Below are positions 1-13,519 of a stretch of DNA of 64,000 nt, piece after piece. Both the position numbers and the translations under genes were made by a program. The notes under the pieces were generated by a model. That model did not search any database, had not been told where the DNA came from, and saw nothing but the letters and a program-made list of their open reading frames with translations. Within the stretch, counting starts at the first letter, position 1, and every line of letters begins with the position of its first letter. The DNA is taken from positions 4,960,001 through 5,024,000 of the forward strand of contig CM075991.1 in the NCBI GenBank assembly GCA_038087875.1, given 5' to 3'. Source of the DNA: Malacoraja senta. Lineage: Eukaryota.

Positions 1-2049
1 GTTTGTCAAACCAGCTTGCTCATATACCTCTAAACCAATCCTATACATGTACATGTCTATGATTTCTTAAGTGTTGCATTAGTTCCCCTTCTGGCTGCTT
101 GTTCCATACACCCATCGCCCTTTGTGTGAAACGGTTATCCCCAAGGTTCCGACTGAATCCTTCTCCCTTCACCTTGAACCCATGTCCTCGGGATCTCCAT
201 TCCGCCACTCTACGCAAGAGAATTCGTGCGTCGACCCTCTTATGATTGTATACACCTTTGTAAGATCACCCCTTCCTGCGTTCCAATGAATCAACTCCCA
301 GCCTGCTCAATCACTCCCTATTAAATTAAATTTCATCAACCATTCCTCAGCCCAACTTCCATTTTCTCACACACTCGTTCGCGAACGCACCACGCCATTT
401 CCCAGTGCCTTCCCTTTCTCCAGCCCATTTCTTCAATGGTTTGTGAGGGGTCACTAGGCCTCGTACCCCACGTTCAGGCAAAACGCATCAATTCCTTAGG
501 ATTTATCACTTTGCATATTCAGTGACATTTCATAGTAATATGTTCTTACAAATTACACTTCGTTCAATTTACATTTTCTCAAAAACACTTGTATCTCACG
601 CCCATTTCTTATTAAAATGATGGGTCAGACGATGACAGCAGAATAGGTTTGTTATATATTTATTGTGGGCTGGAGTCGTTACATTATATTCAAGAGTCAA
701 GTCTCCTGTATCCCATTGATGAATGTCTCCGCGTTGGAGCTGCCTGTTTATTCCAGCTCATTACCCAATAGCTGCACCCACTGAACATTCGACAGCCGGG
801 TCATTCTTCATAAAGACTTGAACAAGTTTTAATTTGGAAAATTAACATTCATTCAGCTGGGACACCAATTGGTACGAAATACCCGGGGAACAGATCAGGG
901 AATCAATGATGAACAATTTGGAAGATATGCCTCACAGCGCCAGGGACGCGGGTTCGATCCTGACCTCGGCTCATGTCTGTGTGGAGTTTTTTTACGTTCT
1001 CCCTGTGACTGCCTGGGTTATTTTTAGGGATGCTCAAATTTCCTCCCACGTCCCAGAAACTTGCGGATCGGGAGGTTAAATAACGCTGTTACTTGTCCCG
1101 AGCGTGCAGGTGGAGAATAATATCTAGGTCCTGCCCTGAGATCCAACCATAATGCGGGGTGAATAATGGAGGATTAATGCATGGCCGTAGTTAACGGGGA
1201 TTTATCGTCTCTCTCTCCTTGTGGAATAATCCTAACCTCGGAGCATTTTTTTTCATGGACACAGTACTGAAGCAACTTTGCGGCCAGGCAGAACCCCTGG
1301 ACTTTTTGAGTCGGTCGCAGTCAATGAACCCGGACTGGGAGCGCTGGAGATGCGGTCACTCGAACGACGAGTCCCAACCTGAGAACACGCTTAGCCTGTT
1401 CACCCGTCGGGGTCAGATCCTGTGAGCTAAACGGCGGATGATTACCTACCGTTCGCAGCATTCATAACCCGCGCGCGCACACACGCACTCCCAGCAGTTG
1501 GTGTTCATCCAACTTTCTCCGAATTGATGAGACGTTCCGTCGTTTGTGTCAAAGCACGTGCCACTAACTGTTGGTGATAAAGACAGCAGGGGGTCAGTGT
1601 TCCGGTGGGGATTGGAGAGACCCGAGGGAGTGGCGGGGCACTGGCGTTGACTCAATACAAAAACACCCTGGAAATGAGCCATTCAGACCACTGGGACCGT
1701 TCCCGTGTGTACTGACCCGGACCTCGCACTTGGCTGCACGGTAGACACAAAATGCTGGAGTAGGTCAGCGGGACAGGCAGCATCTCTGGAGAGAAGGAAT
1801 GGGTGACGTTTCGGGTGGAGACCCTTCTTCATACTTGGCTGTACGGTCCCGTTTCACCCGGGTTCCGATAACAGCGCCCGACCCAAGACCCAGCATCACT
1901 GATCTCGGGGACCTAACAGGGGAATTGGTGGTCAGCGTTCACTCCATATGTTTTAAACTAAAAAGAAACGTACCCAGCTATTTTCCGAAGTATTTATGCA
2001 TGGAATTATAACAAAACACCCATTGACATCAAATCAGACTGTGAATGAG

Positions 2050-2412
2050 CACAACCAAATATCAAATTACAATGTTACAATCCTGATCCAATATACAATC
2101 AGTCTCTCGCAGCCCCCATCGATCCTGGAACGTCTCCCTGGTGCCAGTGAACACGGCGTGTTCTTTTTCAAGGAACGGCAGCGCGGGGATATAAGCGCCG
2201 GAAAGGTGCAAGTTGTCTGCTCTGGCAGAACAACCGTCTGCCTGGCGCCCTGACCCGATATTGGCCAGCTTGTCCACGCCCAGGAGCAAACCAACCAGAT
2301 CCTTATGTGATCTACCCACTCCCTCCGCACTGGCTGCACAAAGATTAGTGTGGTGGGACTGAAGTGGAGCCAGAGAGCAAGGAGCAGCCCATTCAAGTAG
2401 CTCACTCCATAA
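2050..2412 (-). mobile_element. Tx1/L1-clade LINE ORF2 3' fragment in MSMB intron 2 (also about 7840-8200 and 11480-11665)
   Basis: SYLNGLLLALWLHFSPT...VGLLLG..KLA...LEKEHAV.TGT.E.FQ.RW resembles Tx1-type ORF2 C-termini; duplicated along with the gene copies. Confidence 0.65.
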
Positions 2413-2580
2413 TGGTGCAAGAGGAACCTGCAGGTGCTGGTTTACACCGAAGAATGACACAAAATGCTGGAGTAACTCAGCGGGTCAGCGGATCAGATTT
2501 GAAAAAGGGTCTGGACCGGCAACGTCACCTATTCCTTTCCTCCCGAAATGTTGCCTGAACCGCTGAGTTACTCCGGCCTT

Positions 2581-2628
<48 letters not shown>

Positions 2629-2768
2629 ATCAATCGATCAATCGATCAATCGATCTATCGATCGATCAATCGATCAATCAATCGATCAATCGATCAATCA
2701 ACCAATCCATCAATAGATCAATCAATCAATCGATCGATCAATCGATCAATCACTCAATCAATCAATCA
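2581..2768 (+). repeat. (ATCA/ATCG)n microsatellite
   Basis: Direct reading. It abuts a minus-strand AATAAA, so it is likely a LINE 3' tail. Confidence 0.95.
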
Positions 2769-4789
2769 GATTTATTCATCACCTACACAATAAAGTGCAG
2801 TGAAATGGCCTTTTGTTTCCCTCAGTCCATAATTGGTAGAGTTTCGCCGTTGCCCCTGGTTACAGTGTGAGCCCTTGGCCCATTGGGCTCCCCAATACTC
2901 ATCCAGGCTGTGGATGCCGGGACCAGTCAATGGTTTGGCAGGAACTCCTGGGGCACTTTCACCATTTTCAGGCAAAACCGGTCGAGCGGCCAATGACGAA
3001 CTGGCGAGTTGTCGACATTATAGTGACGCGTGGCACCCATTTGGTGCACGGAGCGATCCCATACAGCCCAGTGATTGGCCTTTGATGGCCAGTTCTATCA
3101 AGAGCAGTTGAGGTACAAATATTGGTCAGGATTCATGGCCAGCAGCACTTAATTCTGAGGAGATCCTTCATTCCACCCGTGGACAATGTTTAGTGCCTCA
3201 GCTGAATTCCAGAAGGGGAGCGCTCCTTAAGCTGGTCGGGCATCAATCTGCACCACCCTCAGACTCCAACCCGACCGCGGAACAGGCGGGGAGCCAAGGG
3301 AGACGAGCTTTAGCGTCACGCCATGACTATAATGTCCCTGCTGTCGGCCGAGTCTCACTGCCGGATCTGAGACAGAGATTCACATCGATAGATTACCGGT
3401 TGTGTTCTGTTTCTCAAAGAAGCAGGCGGATTCCGACAGCTGAGCCGCTGGAAGCAGCAGAGCGATGCACAGTAGTAGTTTCTGCAGAGAGACAGAGGCA
3501 GAGAGAGGTATATATTTTTGAGCCACGTAGTCAAGTAATAACACTGCAACATGTCCCTGTCACGGTCACCTCAGCAGGCGACTGTGCAACGACTCAGAGC
3601 TGCGCTGTGTTGTTCATTGAAGAGCAAGCACCAGTCAGATGCACAAAGCTGACCCGTACATACCATAATCACCTAACCAGACCGCCTCTCCCCAGTGTCT
3701 GCGCGGACAGCCTCTGTATCGATAGCACCGCCTGCAGACTTCTTTCTCCGTTCTCGAGAATCTGTTTTCCAATCTTGGCTTATGCTGCCTGTGTCCTATA
3801 TATTCTGAAATGAGGCGGAGTTACGCTGTCATAGTTAATCATCATAGCCATACAGTCATACAGCGCGACAACAGGCTCTCCGGTCTAACTTGCCTACGCC
3901 GACAAATATGTAACATCTACACTAGTCCCAGCGGCCTGTGTTTGCCCCATATTCATGTACCTGTCTAATTGTTTTCTAAATATTGTAATATACCCTACCT
4001 CAGCTACCTCCTCTGGCAGCTTGTTCCATACACCCATCGTCCGTTGTGTGGAAAAAGTTACCCCTCCGGTTCCTATTAACTTTTTCTCCCTTCACCTTGA
4101 ACCTATGTCCTCTGGTTCTCCATATAATTATTTATAATATGTGTTAACGATTTAGACGAAGGAATTTAATGTAACATCTCAAAGTTTGCTGATCATACAA
4201 ACCTGGCTGTCAGTGTGAGCTTCGAGGAGGATGCTATGAGGCTGCGGCGTGACTTGGATAGGTTGAGTGAGTGGGCAGCTGGATGTTTTAAAGAGAGTGT
4301 TAGATATAGGTCTCAGGGTAAGGGGAATCAAGGGATATGGGGAGAAAGCAGGAACGGGCTACTAATTTTGGATGATCAGCCTTGATCATGTTGAATGACG
4401 GTGCTGGCTCGAAGGGCCGAATGGCCTACTCCTGCACCTATTTTCAATGTTCTTATGTTTTTGTTCCCACACTCTGAGCAAGATAATCCATGCGTCTACC
4501 CGATTTATTCCTCTCATGATTGTACACACCTCTATAAGATCACCCCCTCATCCTCCTTCGCCCCAAGGAATAGACTCCCAGGCTGCTCAACCACATCCTG
4601 TTAAATTACATTAATTTCCATCAATCAGAGATAGTCCCCGATCCATTGAATTACTCAAGCACTTTGTCTCTTTGTTTGTCTTAAAAATTGAGTTATAGTA
4701 CATGCTATTTAGTCATAGTACAACTACCTCCTCTGGTACCAGGTTCCATCCTATCTCCCCCTCCCCTTACGATTTTATTACAGTGTGGT

Positions 4790-6375
4790 CATCTGATGCC
4801 ACCCTCCCCACCTGACCACCACCAATCTGGCACATTTCGTCACAAACGTAGAGAGTGCAAAAGCTGAAACTGCATCCTCCCTCATCACCGTTCATCTGTA
4901 GACTGGGCAATGTTCAGGGACTCGGCAACGGACCTGAATGGATACGCCGTAGTCGTTACAGACTTCATAAAGAAATGTGTGGAGAACTGCATCCCAACAA
5001 AATCCTTCCCTGTGTTTCCCAACCATAAACCTTGGATGAACCATGAGATCCGCACTCTTCTGAAGTCCAGTTCCCGGGCACTCAGGTCTGGAGATACAGA
5101 GGTCCACAAGAAGTCCAGATACGACCTTGGTAAGGCCATCAAAAAGGCCAAAAGGGACCTGCTCCAAGCTGGAGGATGAGACGAATGTTCGGCAACTGCG
5201 GCAGTGTTTGAATGCCATCACCTGCTATAAGGCGAAATCAGGAGGCAGCTTAATTGTCAGCGAAGCATCACTCCCTGACGAGCTCAATGCGTTTCAAACA
5301 CGCTTTGATAGGCAGAACACTGATGTGCCTTCCGTGCTCCCATTCGCTGTGATGGTATTTCAGTCACAGTCACAGAGGCCGACGTCAGAAGACCCTGCAG
5401 GAGGTTGAACCCTCGGAAAGCGCCTGGACCTGATAGCATACCCGGGCGTGTTTTAAAAACCTGTGCGGACCAACTGGCTGGAGTTTTTACGGACATCTTC
5501 AACGTCTCACTTCTGAGGTTCCCGCCTGCTTTAAAAGGGCATCAATTATACCGGTGCCCAAGAATAGCAAAGTGACGTCCCTCAATGACCATCGACCAGT
5601 GGCACTAATGTCTGTGCTGATGAAGAGATGTTGATTATCGCGCATATCAACTCCTATCTCGACAACAACCTCGACCCACTGCAGTTTGCTTACCGCCACA
5701 ACAGATCAACGGTTGTTGCGATCTCACTGGCTCTCCACTCCGCTCTGGACCACTTGGACAACAAAAACTCATACGTCAGGCTGTTATTCATTGACTACAG
5801 CTCCCCTCCAAGCTGGTTACCAAGCTCTCAGATCTGGGTCTCTGCGCATCCCTCTGCAATTGGATCCTCGACTTCATCATCCACAGACCACAGTCTGTCC
5901 GTATTGGTGGAAATGTGTCATCCTCGATAACAATCAGCATGGGAGCACCTCAAGGCTGCGTGCTCAGCCGCCTGCTTTACGCTATACTCATGACTGCATA
6001 GCCGGATATAGTGCGAACTCCATCATCAAGTTCGCCGACGACACCACTGTTGTGGGACGAATCACTGATGGTGACGAGTCAGAGTATAGAGGTGAGATCG
6101 ACTGATTGACCAAATCGTGCCAGCGCAATACCCTGGTTCTCAACACCAGCAACACCAAGGAACTAATTGTGTACTTTGGAAGGGGTAGGATAGGGACCCA
6201 CAATCCCGTTTATATCAACGGGACGATGGTGGAACGTGTCAAGAACTTCAAATTGCATAGTTACGAAGATCTCTCCTGGTCCCAGAACACTGATGCAATT
6301 ATAAAGAAAGCACATCAGCGCCTCTACTTCCTGAGAAGATTACGGAGAGTCGGTATGTCAAAGAGGACTCTCGCA
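4790..6375 (+). mobile_element. Rex1/Babar-type LINE, degraded RT
   Basis: [65 protein letters not shown] across frameshifts. Confidence 0.88.
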
Positions 6376-6838
6376 CTTCGTAGTTTGTAGCGAAGGTTGC
6401 CAGGGTTCAGGTGGGGAGAGTGGGACGAGATGAGCCGACTCGTAAGTTAGGAAGAGAATTGGCCTTCCGGGAAGCAGGAAGGGGTGGCGATGGGATGGGA
6501 ATATGTGGTTGGTGGTGAGATGGCCTTGGAACTGCCAGATGTGGAGAAGGATAAAGGACGTGAATCTAGGAATACAAGAACACAGTTCCCTGAAAGTGGC
6601 GTCAAAGGTGGACGGTTAAAGGTTAAGTGGGGTTTCGAATTATTGGCCTTTTTCATTCAATGTATTGAGTATAGAAGTTAGGATGTTACGTTTCAGTTGC
6701 ACAACACTTTGCTGAGACCGCGTTTGGTGTATTGTGTCCATTTTGGTCATCATTAGGTCAAAGTAAGGATGTTATGAAGCGGAAAAGACAGCAGAAGCAT
6801 TTTTAAGGACTTTGGCGGGACACGAAGGCCTGAGTTAT

Positions 6839-7038
6839 NNNNNNNNNNNNNNNNNNNNNNNNNNNNNNNNNNNNNNNNNNNNNNNNNNNNNNNNNNNNNN
6901 NNNNNNNNNNNNNNNNNNNNNNNNNNNNNNNNNNNNNNNNNNNNNNNNNNNNNNNNNNNNNNNNNNNNNNNNNNNNNNNNNNNNNNNNNNNNNNNNNNNN
7001 NNNNNNNNNNNNNNNNNNNNNNNNNNNNNNNNNNNNNN
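6839..7038. other. Assembly gap (200 N)
   Basis: Run of n characters. Confidence 1.
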
Positions 7039-7441
7039 AGGGTGGTAACCCGTCATCTACTGTTCCACGTTTCTACGTGTTTTAGTATAATTAACAGAGA
7101 TTTGGTAGAATTCGAATGGTCGGCACGGACTAGGTACACTGAAGGGCCTATATATCTGCCGTATGGTTTGCCTCGTCTGTATTTTACTATTCCTCGTGCA
7201 ATAGCTTCTCTCTCTCCCTCCGCCAAAGCTCCTCCACCGATTTCCACCCCAAACCAGATTCCGGGCCAAATCTCCTGTGTCCCGAGTTTGGTACAGGGAC
7301 GTCGTGCCGTTCCGTCTACCATGCGCATCACTTCCCAAACCATCGCTACCTCACACGGTTCCCTCCCTGGCATCGGCGACACCCATCTAGTTTAGACGGC
7401 GGGGTCAGAGCCTATGCGCTGGACGGCGGAGGATTACTTAC

Positions 7442-9415
7442 TGAGCACAGCATTCATAACCATTAGCCGAACACATGCAGCTGTGGCAATTGGAGTTTAT
7501 CCAACTCTCTCCGTATTGATGAACAGTCCCGTCGTTTGTGTCAAAGCACGTACGCATAGCTGTGGGTGAAAAGGGCAGCGGGTGGTCAGTGTACTGTCGG
7601 GGAGTGGAGTGCCCCGAGGAGGTTGCGAGGCTGGGTTGTTGGCTCAATACAAACGCACCTTCGAAATGAGCAATCCCGATATTCGGATAGCTAGGGTCCG
7701 CCCCCCCCCCCTCCCTTGCCACCCCCTCCGTGCGACATGACGCGGCATTGGCAATTGGGTGTATTCAAAATTAAGTACACGTTGAACTATACTAAAACAA
7801 ACCACCCAGCGCCTTGCCATGAGACTGTCCATTATATTATCTACATATCAAATTACTATGTTACAACCCTAATCCAAGATATAGTCAAACCCCGCGGCGC
7901 CCTGTGGTTCTGGAACGCCGCCATGGTGCCATTGGACATTGCATCTTTTATTTTCAAGGGACAATCAGGTGAGAATCTAACCTTGGAAAAGGGGCAGGTA
8001 GTCGGCTTGGGTGGAGCTATCTTCTGCCCGACGCCGTAACCCACTCATGGCCACTTTGCCCATGCCCAGGAGCAAACCAACCAGGTCCTGCTCTGATCTA
8101 CGCACTTCCCTCCGCACTGGGTGCACAACGGTTAGTATGGTGGGGCTGAAGTGGAGCCACAAAGCAAGGAACAGCCCCTTCAAGTAGCTCACTCCATAAT
8201 TGGGTAGGTCTCGCCTTTGCTCCTGCTTACAATGTGGACCCCTGGCCCAATGGGATGACAAATACACATCCAGGCTTTGGGTGGCGGGGCGTCACTTGTT
8301 TGGGAGAAACTCCTTGGGCACTTTCCTCAATTTCAGGCAGAACGCATCTCGCAGCCAATGAACACCTGTAAAGGTGTCGCCATTATTTGCACGGATAATA
8401 ATTTGCAGGGAAGCGTGGCTTCCATTGGTTGCACAGCTTGACAGTGAGAAGATCCTTCAAACTACCCGTGGACAAGGTTTAATGCCTTAGCTGGAGTGCG
8501 GCAGAGGAGCGCTCACTTAGCTTAGGATTGGTCGGGGCATCAACCACCACTAAGCTCAGGCTCCAACCCGACCGAGGAACAGGCGGGGGGGAGGGTGACG
8601 AGCTTTAGCGTAGCGCAATGAGTATGGTGTCCTGCTCAGTCCCTGCTGTCGGCCGAGTCTCGAGAGAGATTCACATTGATAGGTTACCGCCAGTGTTGTG
8701 TTCTTGAAAGAAGCAGGCGGATTCCGACAGCTGAGCCCCGAGAAGCAGCAGAGTGATGCACAGTAGGAGTTTCTGCGAAGGGACGGAGAGAGAGAGAGCT
8801 TGATGAGCTAAGTGGTCATGTAACTAACACTGCAATATGTCCGTGTAGACACCAAAATGCTGGAGTAACTCAGCGGGACAGGCAGCATCTCTGGAGATAA
8901 GGAATGGGTGACGTTTCGGGTCGAGACCCTTCTTCAGACAGGGGGGGTGTGCGGGGCAGAGATAAAATGTAGTCAGAGACAGTAAGACTGGTGTGAGAAG
9001 TGGGAAGGGCGGTGGGATGGAAAGAGAATGAAAGCAAGGGCTATTTGAAGTTAAAGAAGTCAATGTTCATGCCGCTGGGGTGTAAGTTACCCATGCGAAA
9101 TATGTGGTGCTGTTCCTCCAATATGCGCTGGGCCTCACTGACAATGGAGGAGGCCCAGGACAGAAAGGTCTGATTGGGAATGGAAGGGGGAGTTAAAGTG
9201 CTGAGCAACCGGGAGATCGTGTAGGTTAAGGCGGACTGAGCGGAGGTGTTCAACGGAACGATCCCATTGCCTGCACTTTGTCTCCCCGATGTACAGGAGT
9301 TGACACTGTCAATGTCACCTCGGAAGGCGGCTGTGCAGCAACTCACCGCTGTGCTGGGCAGTTTACTGAAGACCAAACAACAGTCAAATGCCGAAAGCTG
9401 CACCGTACATACCAT
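7442..9415 (-). CDS. MSMB-like: MSMB-like copy 2, exons 1-3 intact; exon 4 not visible (probably in or near the gap)
   Basis: ATG|gtatgt at 9413-9415. Exon 2 (8688-8772) KLLLCITLLLLGAQLSESACFFQEHNTG. Exon 3 (7442-7559) MRTCFDTNDGTVHQYGESWINSNCHSCMCSANGYECCA. Canonical GT-AG sites, and exon sizes of 85 and 118 bp are identical to copy 1. Confidence 0.85.
8845..9307 (-). mobile_element. Penelope-like element 3' fragment inserted in intron 1 of MSMB copy 2
   Basis: SEAQRILEEQHHIFRMGNLHPSGMNIDF resembles a GIY-YIG endonuclease C-terminus. The empty site is visible in copies 1 and 3. Related fragments lie at about 43100-43530 and in every GPCR unit. Confidence 0.8.
8906..8940 (-). ncRNA. Minimal hammerhead-ribozyme-like motif of the Penelope element
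   Basis: CUGAAGA-A-GGGUC(UC)GACCC-GAAA-C-GUC: core boxes, stem II and a GUC cleavage triplet. Confidence 0.55.
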
Positions 9416-9487
9416 GATCTTCCAACCAGGTCGCTTCTCCCAAGTGTCTGAGCGGGCAACTTCTTTTCTCGTGACACCACCTGCAGA

Positions 9488-9494
9488 TTTTATT
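9488..9494 (-). promoter_or_regulatory. Candidate TATA-like element (AATAAAA) of MSMB-like copy 2
   Basis: About 75 bp upstream of the ATG. Present as AATAAA in copy 3 (12264-12269) and mutated in copy 1 (about 3740). Confidence 0.35.
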
Positions 9495-9789
9495 CTCCGC
9501 TCTCGGGAACCGGTCTTTTAACTGTTCCCTATGCTCCAGTGACCAATCCGCTCATAGTAGAGGCGGAGTTCGCCCCACTGGCCTCCACGGCAAGTGCTCC
9601 TCCTCTGTGATTACCTGCTGCTACCTGCGACTCTTTAGTCTCCCCTTCCTCTCCTCGAGTTTTCTCCCGCCCCCCCCCCCCCCACCACCACCCACCACAG
9701 TCAGTCAGAAGTGACCCGACCCGAAACGCCGTCATCGATGCTGCCTGACCCACTGAGTTAATCGAACATCCTTTGCCTTTTGGTTTTTT

Positions 9790-11425
9790 AGAGTCATAGA
9801 GTGATATGGTGTGGAAAAGGGCCGTTTTGCCCACACCGGCCAACAATGTAACGGGTTATTGATTGGGGACGATCAGCCATGATCACAATGAATGGCGGTG
9901 CTGGCTCGAAGGGCCGAATGGCCTCCCCCTGCACCTATTTTCTATGTTTCTATGTTTCTACATTAGTCCCACTTGCTTGCTCTTGGTCCATATCCCTCCA
10001 CACCTTTGTGTGAAAAAGTTGCCCCTCGGAAATCTATTAAATCTTTTCCCCTTCACCTTGAATCTATGTACTCCGGTCCTCGATTCCCCTACTCTGGGCG
10101 AGAGACTGTGCATCTACCCGATCTATGCCTCTCATGATTTTGTACACCTCTATAAGATCCCCCTCATCCTTCTGCGCTCCATGGAATAGAGACCCAGCAT
10201 ACCCAATCTCTCGCTATAGCTTTCCCTATACACCCTCTAGTCCTGGCATCATCCTCGTCAATCTTTTCTGAACCCTTTCAAGCTTAACAACATCTTTCCT
10301 CTAACATGGTGCCTAGAACTGAACACAATATTCTAAATGCAGTCTCACCAACATCTTATACAACTGCAACAATACCTCCCAACATCTATACTCAATTCTC
10401 TGACTGATGAAGGCCAATGTGCCAAAAGCCTTTTTGACCACCTTATCTACCTGCGACTTGACCTTTAAGAAACCATGTACCTGTACTCCTGGATTTCTCT
10501 GCTCCACAACACTTCCCAGGGGCCTGCCATTTACTGTGTAGCTCCTCCCCTTGTTCGACGTCCCAAATGCAACACCTCACACTTCTCTCCATTAAATTCC
10601 ATCAACCATTCCTCATCCCACCTATCCAATCGATCCAGATCCTGCTGCAATCTTTCACAACCATCTATCTGCAAAACTACTCACTTTTGTATTATCAGCA
10701 AACTTGCTTATCTTGCCATGTATGTTCTCATCCAAATCACTGATGTGGATGACAAACTAATGGGCCCACCACCAAACCCAGAGGCTGTCGAGATACACCG
10801 TGCTGTATTTCTAAACTAAACTAAACTAAATCCTGTAGTCACAGGCCTCCAGTCCGAGAAGAAACCTTCCACCATCACCCTCTGCTTTCTTCCATGGAGC
10901 CAATTGGCTCTCCATTCAGCGATCTAACCTTCCAGAGCAGCCTACCATTCAGAAACTCGCCTTATTGAAATCCATGTACACAGCACCTACAGCTCTGCCC
11001 TCATCAACCTTTTCGGTTATGTCGGCAAAAATATCAATCAGATTTGTGAGACACGAACTCCCATGTACAAAACCATGCTGGGTATCCCTAATCAGCCCTT
11101 GCCCATCCAAATGTCTGTATAACCATCCCTCAGAATGCTCTCTAATATCTTTCCAACTACAGATGTTAAGCTCACCGCCTATAGTTCCCAGCATTTTCCC
11201 TGCAGCCGTTCTTGAAAAGAGGCACAACATTTGCCATCCTCCTGTCTTCCGGCACCTCTCCTGTATTTAAGAACGACTCGTAAATTTCAACCAGGCTCCC
11301 GCAATTTCCCACAATGTCTTCGGATATAAAGGATTAAGTCCTAGCCTCTTCTACCTCTCCCTTTAGCTCAGTCCTTCGAGTTCTGGCAACATCGTTGTAA
11401 ATTTACTCTGTACTCTTTCCGGGTT
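9790..11425 (-). mobile_element. CR1 LINE fragments
   Basis: QHGFVHGSSCLTNLI, VYMDFNKA, LVRLHLEYCVQF; (TTTCTATG)n-type tail. Confidence 0.85.
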
Positions 11426-11947
11426 CAGTCTGCAGCACCCCGACTTAAGACCTAGCCCCTCCACACCCCTCCCCCCGCCCCCAGTCAATCCCCCGCGGCG
11501 CCCAGCGCTCCTGGAACGCCTCCATGGTGCCAGTGGGCACTGCGTGTTCTTTTTCAAGGGACAGCCGGGTGCCGTCGTAATCCCGGAAAAGGGGCAGGCA
11601 GTCTGCTCGGGTGGAGCCCTCGTCTGCCTGGCGTCGGGAGCTACTAATGGCTAACTTGCGCGGCACAGCTGCGGAACGGTAGAGTTGCTGCCTTACAGCA
11701 CAAGAACCCCGAGTTCAACCCGGATTACGGGTGCTGTGTTTAAGGAGTTTGCACATTCTCCCTGTGACCGCGTGGGTTTTCTCCGGGCGCTCCGGTTTCT
11801 TCACACATTACTAAGACCTGCAGGTTAATTTGCTAATGTACATTTTCCCTAGTGTCTCGGGTAGAACTCGTGTACTCGATTTTTGGTCGTCGCGGTCTCC
11901 GTGGGCCAAACTACCAGATCTGAGAGAGATTCACATCGATAGATTAC

Positions 11948-12190
11948 CTCTTGTCTTCTCTCGCTGAAAGAAGCAGGCGGATTCCGACAGCTGAGCAGCG
12001 AGAAGCAGCGGAGCGATGCACAAAAGGAGTTTCTGTGGGGGCAGGGAGGGAGGGAAATAACGAGCTTGATGTTCGACGTGGTTAAGGAACTAAGACTGCA
12101 ACATGTCCTTGTCACCATCACCGCGGAAGGCGGCTGAACAGCGGACACCCAGCAACAGCCAGATGCGCAAAGCTGATCCGTACATATCAT
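11948..12190 (-). pseudogene. MSMB-like: MSMB-like copy 3, truncated (exons 1-2 only)
   Basis: ATG at 12188-12190 is followed by ATATGT (donor GT>AT). Exon 2 (11948-12032) KLLLCIAPLLLAAQLSESACFFQREKTR. No exon 3 or 4 seen before copy 2. Confidence 0.82.
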
Positions 12191-12862
12191 GATCTCCCAA
12201 CCAGGCTGCTCCCAACCAGTGTCTGAGCGGCCAACCTCTGTCCCGCTGGCACCGTCTGCAGACTTTATTCTCCGCCTTGGAGAACCAGTCTTTCAACTTT
12301 CACTAATAGAGGTGGAGTTTCTCTGGTCCCACCTTTCAACTCACTGACCTCCACAACCTCCTTATCATCCTTCGAGTCATAGAGTCATGCAGCAACGAAA
12401 CTGCCCCTTAGCCCAACTAACCCATGTCTGCCCACCAACATATCCCACTCATGCTAGTCCCCGCTACATGTGTTTGGTCCATGTCCCTTTCAACCTTTCC
12501 CATCCATGAGACCGTCTAAATATATTTTAATGCCATTGCGAGACCTTCTCTCTCTGCTCCCCTTTGTGATCCATGCTGCTACATACTACGTTTTGTCCTG
12601 TCCCTGATATTTGCCAGTCTCCTCCACGCTCAGTCTGAAGAAGGGTCCCTGTAGAGGCAGTTTCGGTGTTGCATGACTCTATGTCTTTAAGGATGATATG
12701 ATTGTTCACTGACATATTTCATCTCTCCCTACGTTCTGACATGCGCACTTGCTTCAAGAAGACCAGGGCCTTATAAAAGCAATATCGCGTGCCTTGACGA
12801 TTGCCGTCCAATGACCTTGCCATCACCATCAAGAAATGTTTTGAGAGGCTGATTAAATCAGC

Positions 12863-13440
12863 CGTTATGCCTGGAGTCTATCTTCAAGACAAAGAACGGA
12901 GACAGTACTCTGCGTGGTAGTTCTTTTACTAATACAGGGTTCTACAGGCGTCCCATTCTGCAACTGTTCGCGCGATCTTGATCACGACTTAACTGCGTAA
13001 TGCACTTAATTTGCATGTCCAACCCAGTTTCAATTGTAGCAATATAACATTCCCCCCTTCTTAAACAAAACGTGTTACATTTCTAACAATCAGTGTAAGA
13101 TAACAGTTGCAAAACATGGCAGTTCGGTTTGTCCTATTCTGTGTATTCAGTTTTGCTTTGTTTGCTCTGCCTTTATTTGTAATCTGCATCACACTATCTG
13201 TCTAGTGGTCATGTTCTTTCTGGTTCTTTTAGATGTGGTATTTATGTCAGTTCTGTATTCTTCGTCTTTTACCTCATTTGTCTTGACATCTGGTGACATT
13301 GCAGATTGTGTGTTTTATAATGATGTTGGTGTTGTGCTTGATGTTGTCGATGTGGCTGTAGGTGTGTTGGTTGTTGGTGGTGTTGATGGCAAACTTCACC
13401 AGATCAGGTGTTGGTCGGATGTGACCCCTATTTCTTCTTA
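12863..13440 (-). mobile_element. Gypsy-like LTR retrotransposon 3' end: integrase tail, PPT and ~187-bp LTR
   Basis: On the minus strand: LRRNRGHI (integrase tail), then PPT AAGAAGGGGGGAA followed by TGTTATA at 13049; the LTR ends near 12863. Confidence 0.6.
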
Positions 13441-13519
13441 ACTGCATCCCAGTCCCCGTCACTCCACCACCTGCATCTTTTTTTGTAAACCAGCATCTGC
13501 AGTTCATTGTGTCTACACC

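Larger units (their letters stand above)
761..3666 (-). pseudogene. MSMB-like: Beta-microseminoprotein (MSMB/PSP94)-like copy 1; four exons, exon 4 disabled
   Basis: Exon 1 is ATG|gtatgt (3664-3666). Exon 2 (3397-3481) encodes the signal peptide KLLLCIALLLPAAQLSESACFFEKQNTT. Exon 3 (1450-1567) encodes SGTCFDTNDGTSHQFGESWMNTNCWECVCARAGYECCE. Exon 4 (761-882) reads YFVPIGVPAE*MLIFQIKTC/fs/QVFMKNDPAVECSVGAAIG*. Intron phases 0/1/2 and the 10-Cys spacing fit MSMB. Exon 4 has acceptor GG instead of AG (883-884), TGA at the Cys8 position (849-851) and a frameshift. AATAAA on the minus strand at 747-752. Confidence 0.88.

Noticed and set aside
2548..2793. SINQ-repeat protein
   Set aside because: Translation of the (ATCA)n microsatellite.
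3193..3813. 206-aa plus-strand ORF
   Set aside because: Antisense to MSMB exons 1-2, no recognisable domain, and not kept open in the paralogous copies.
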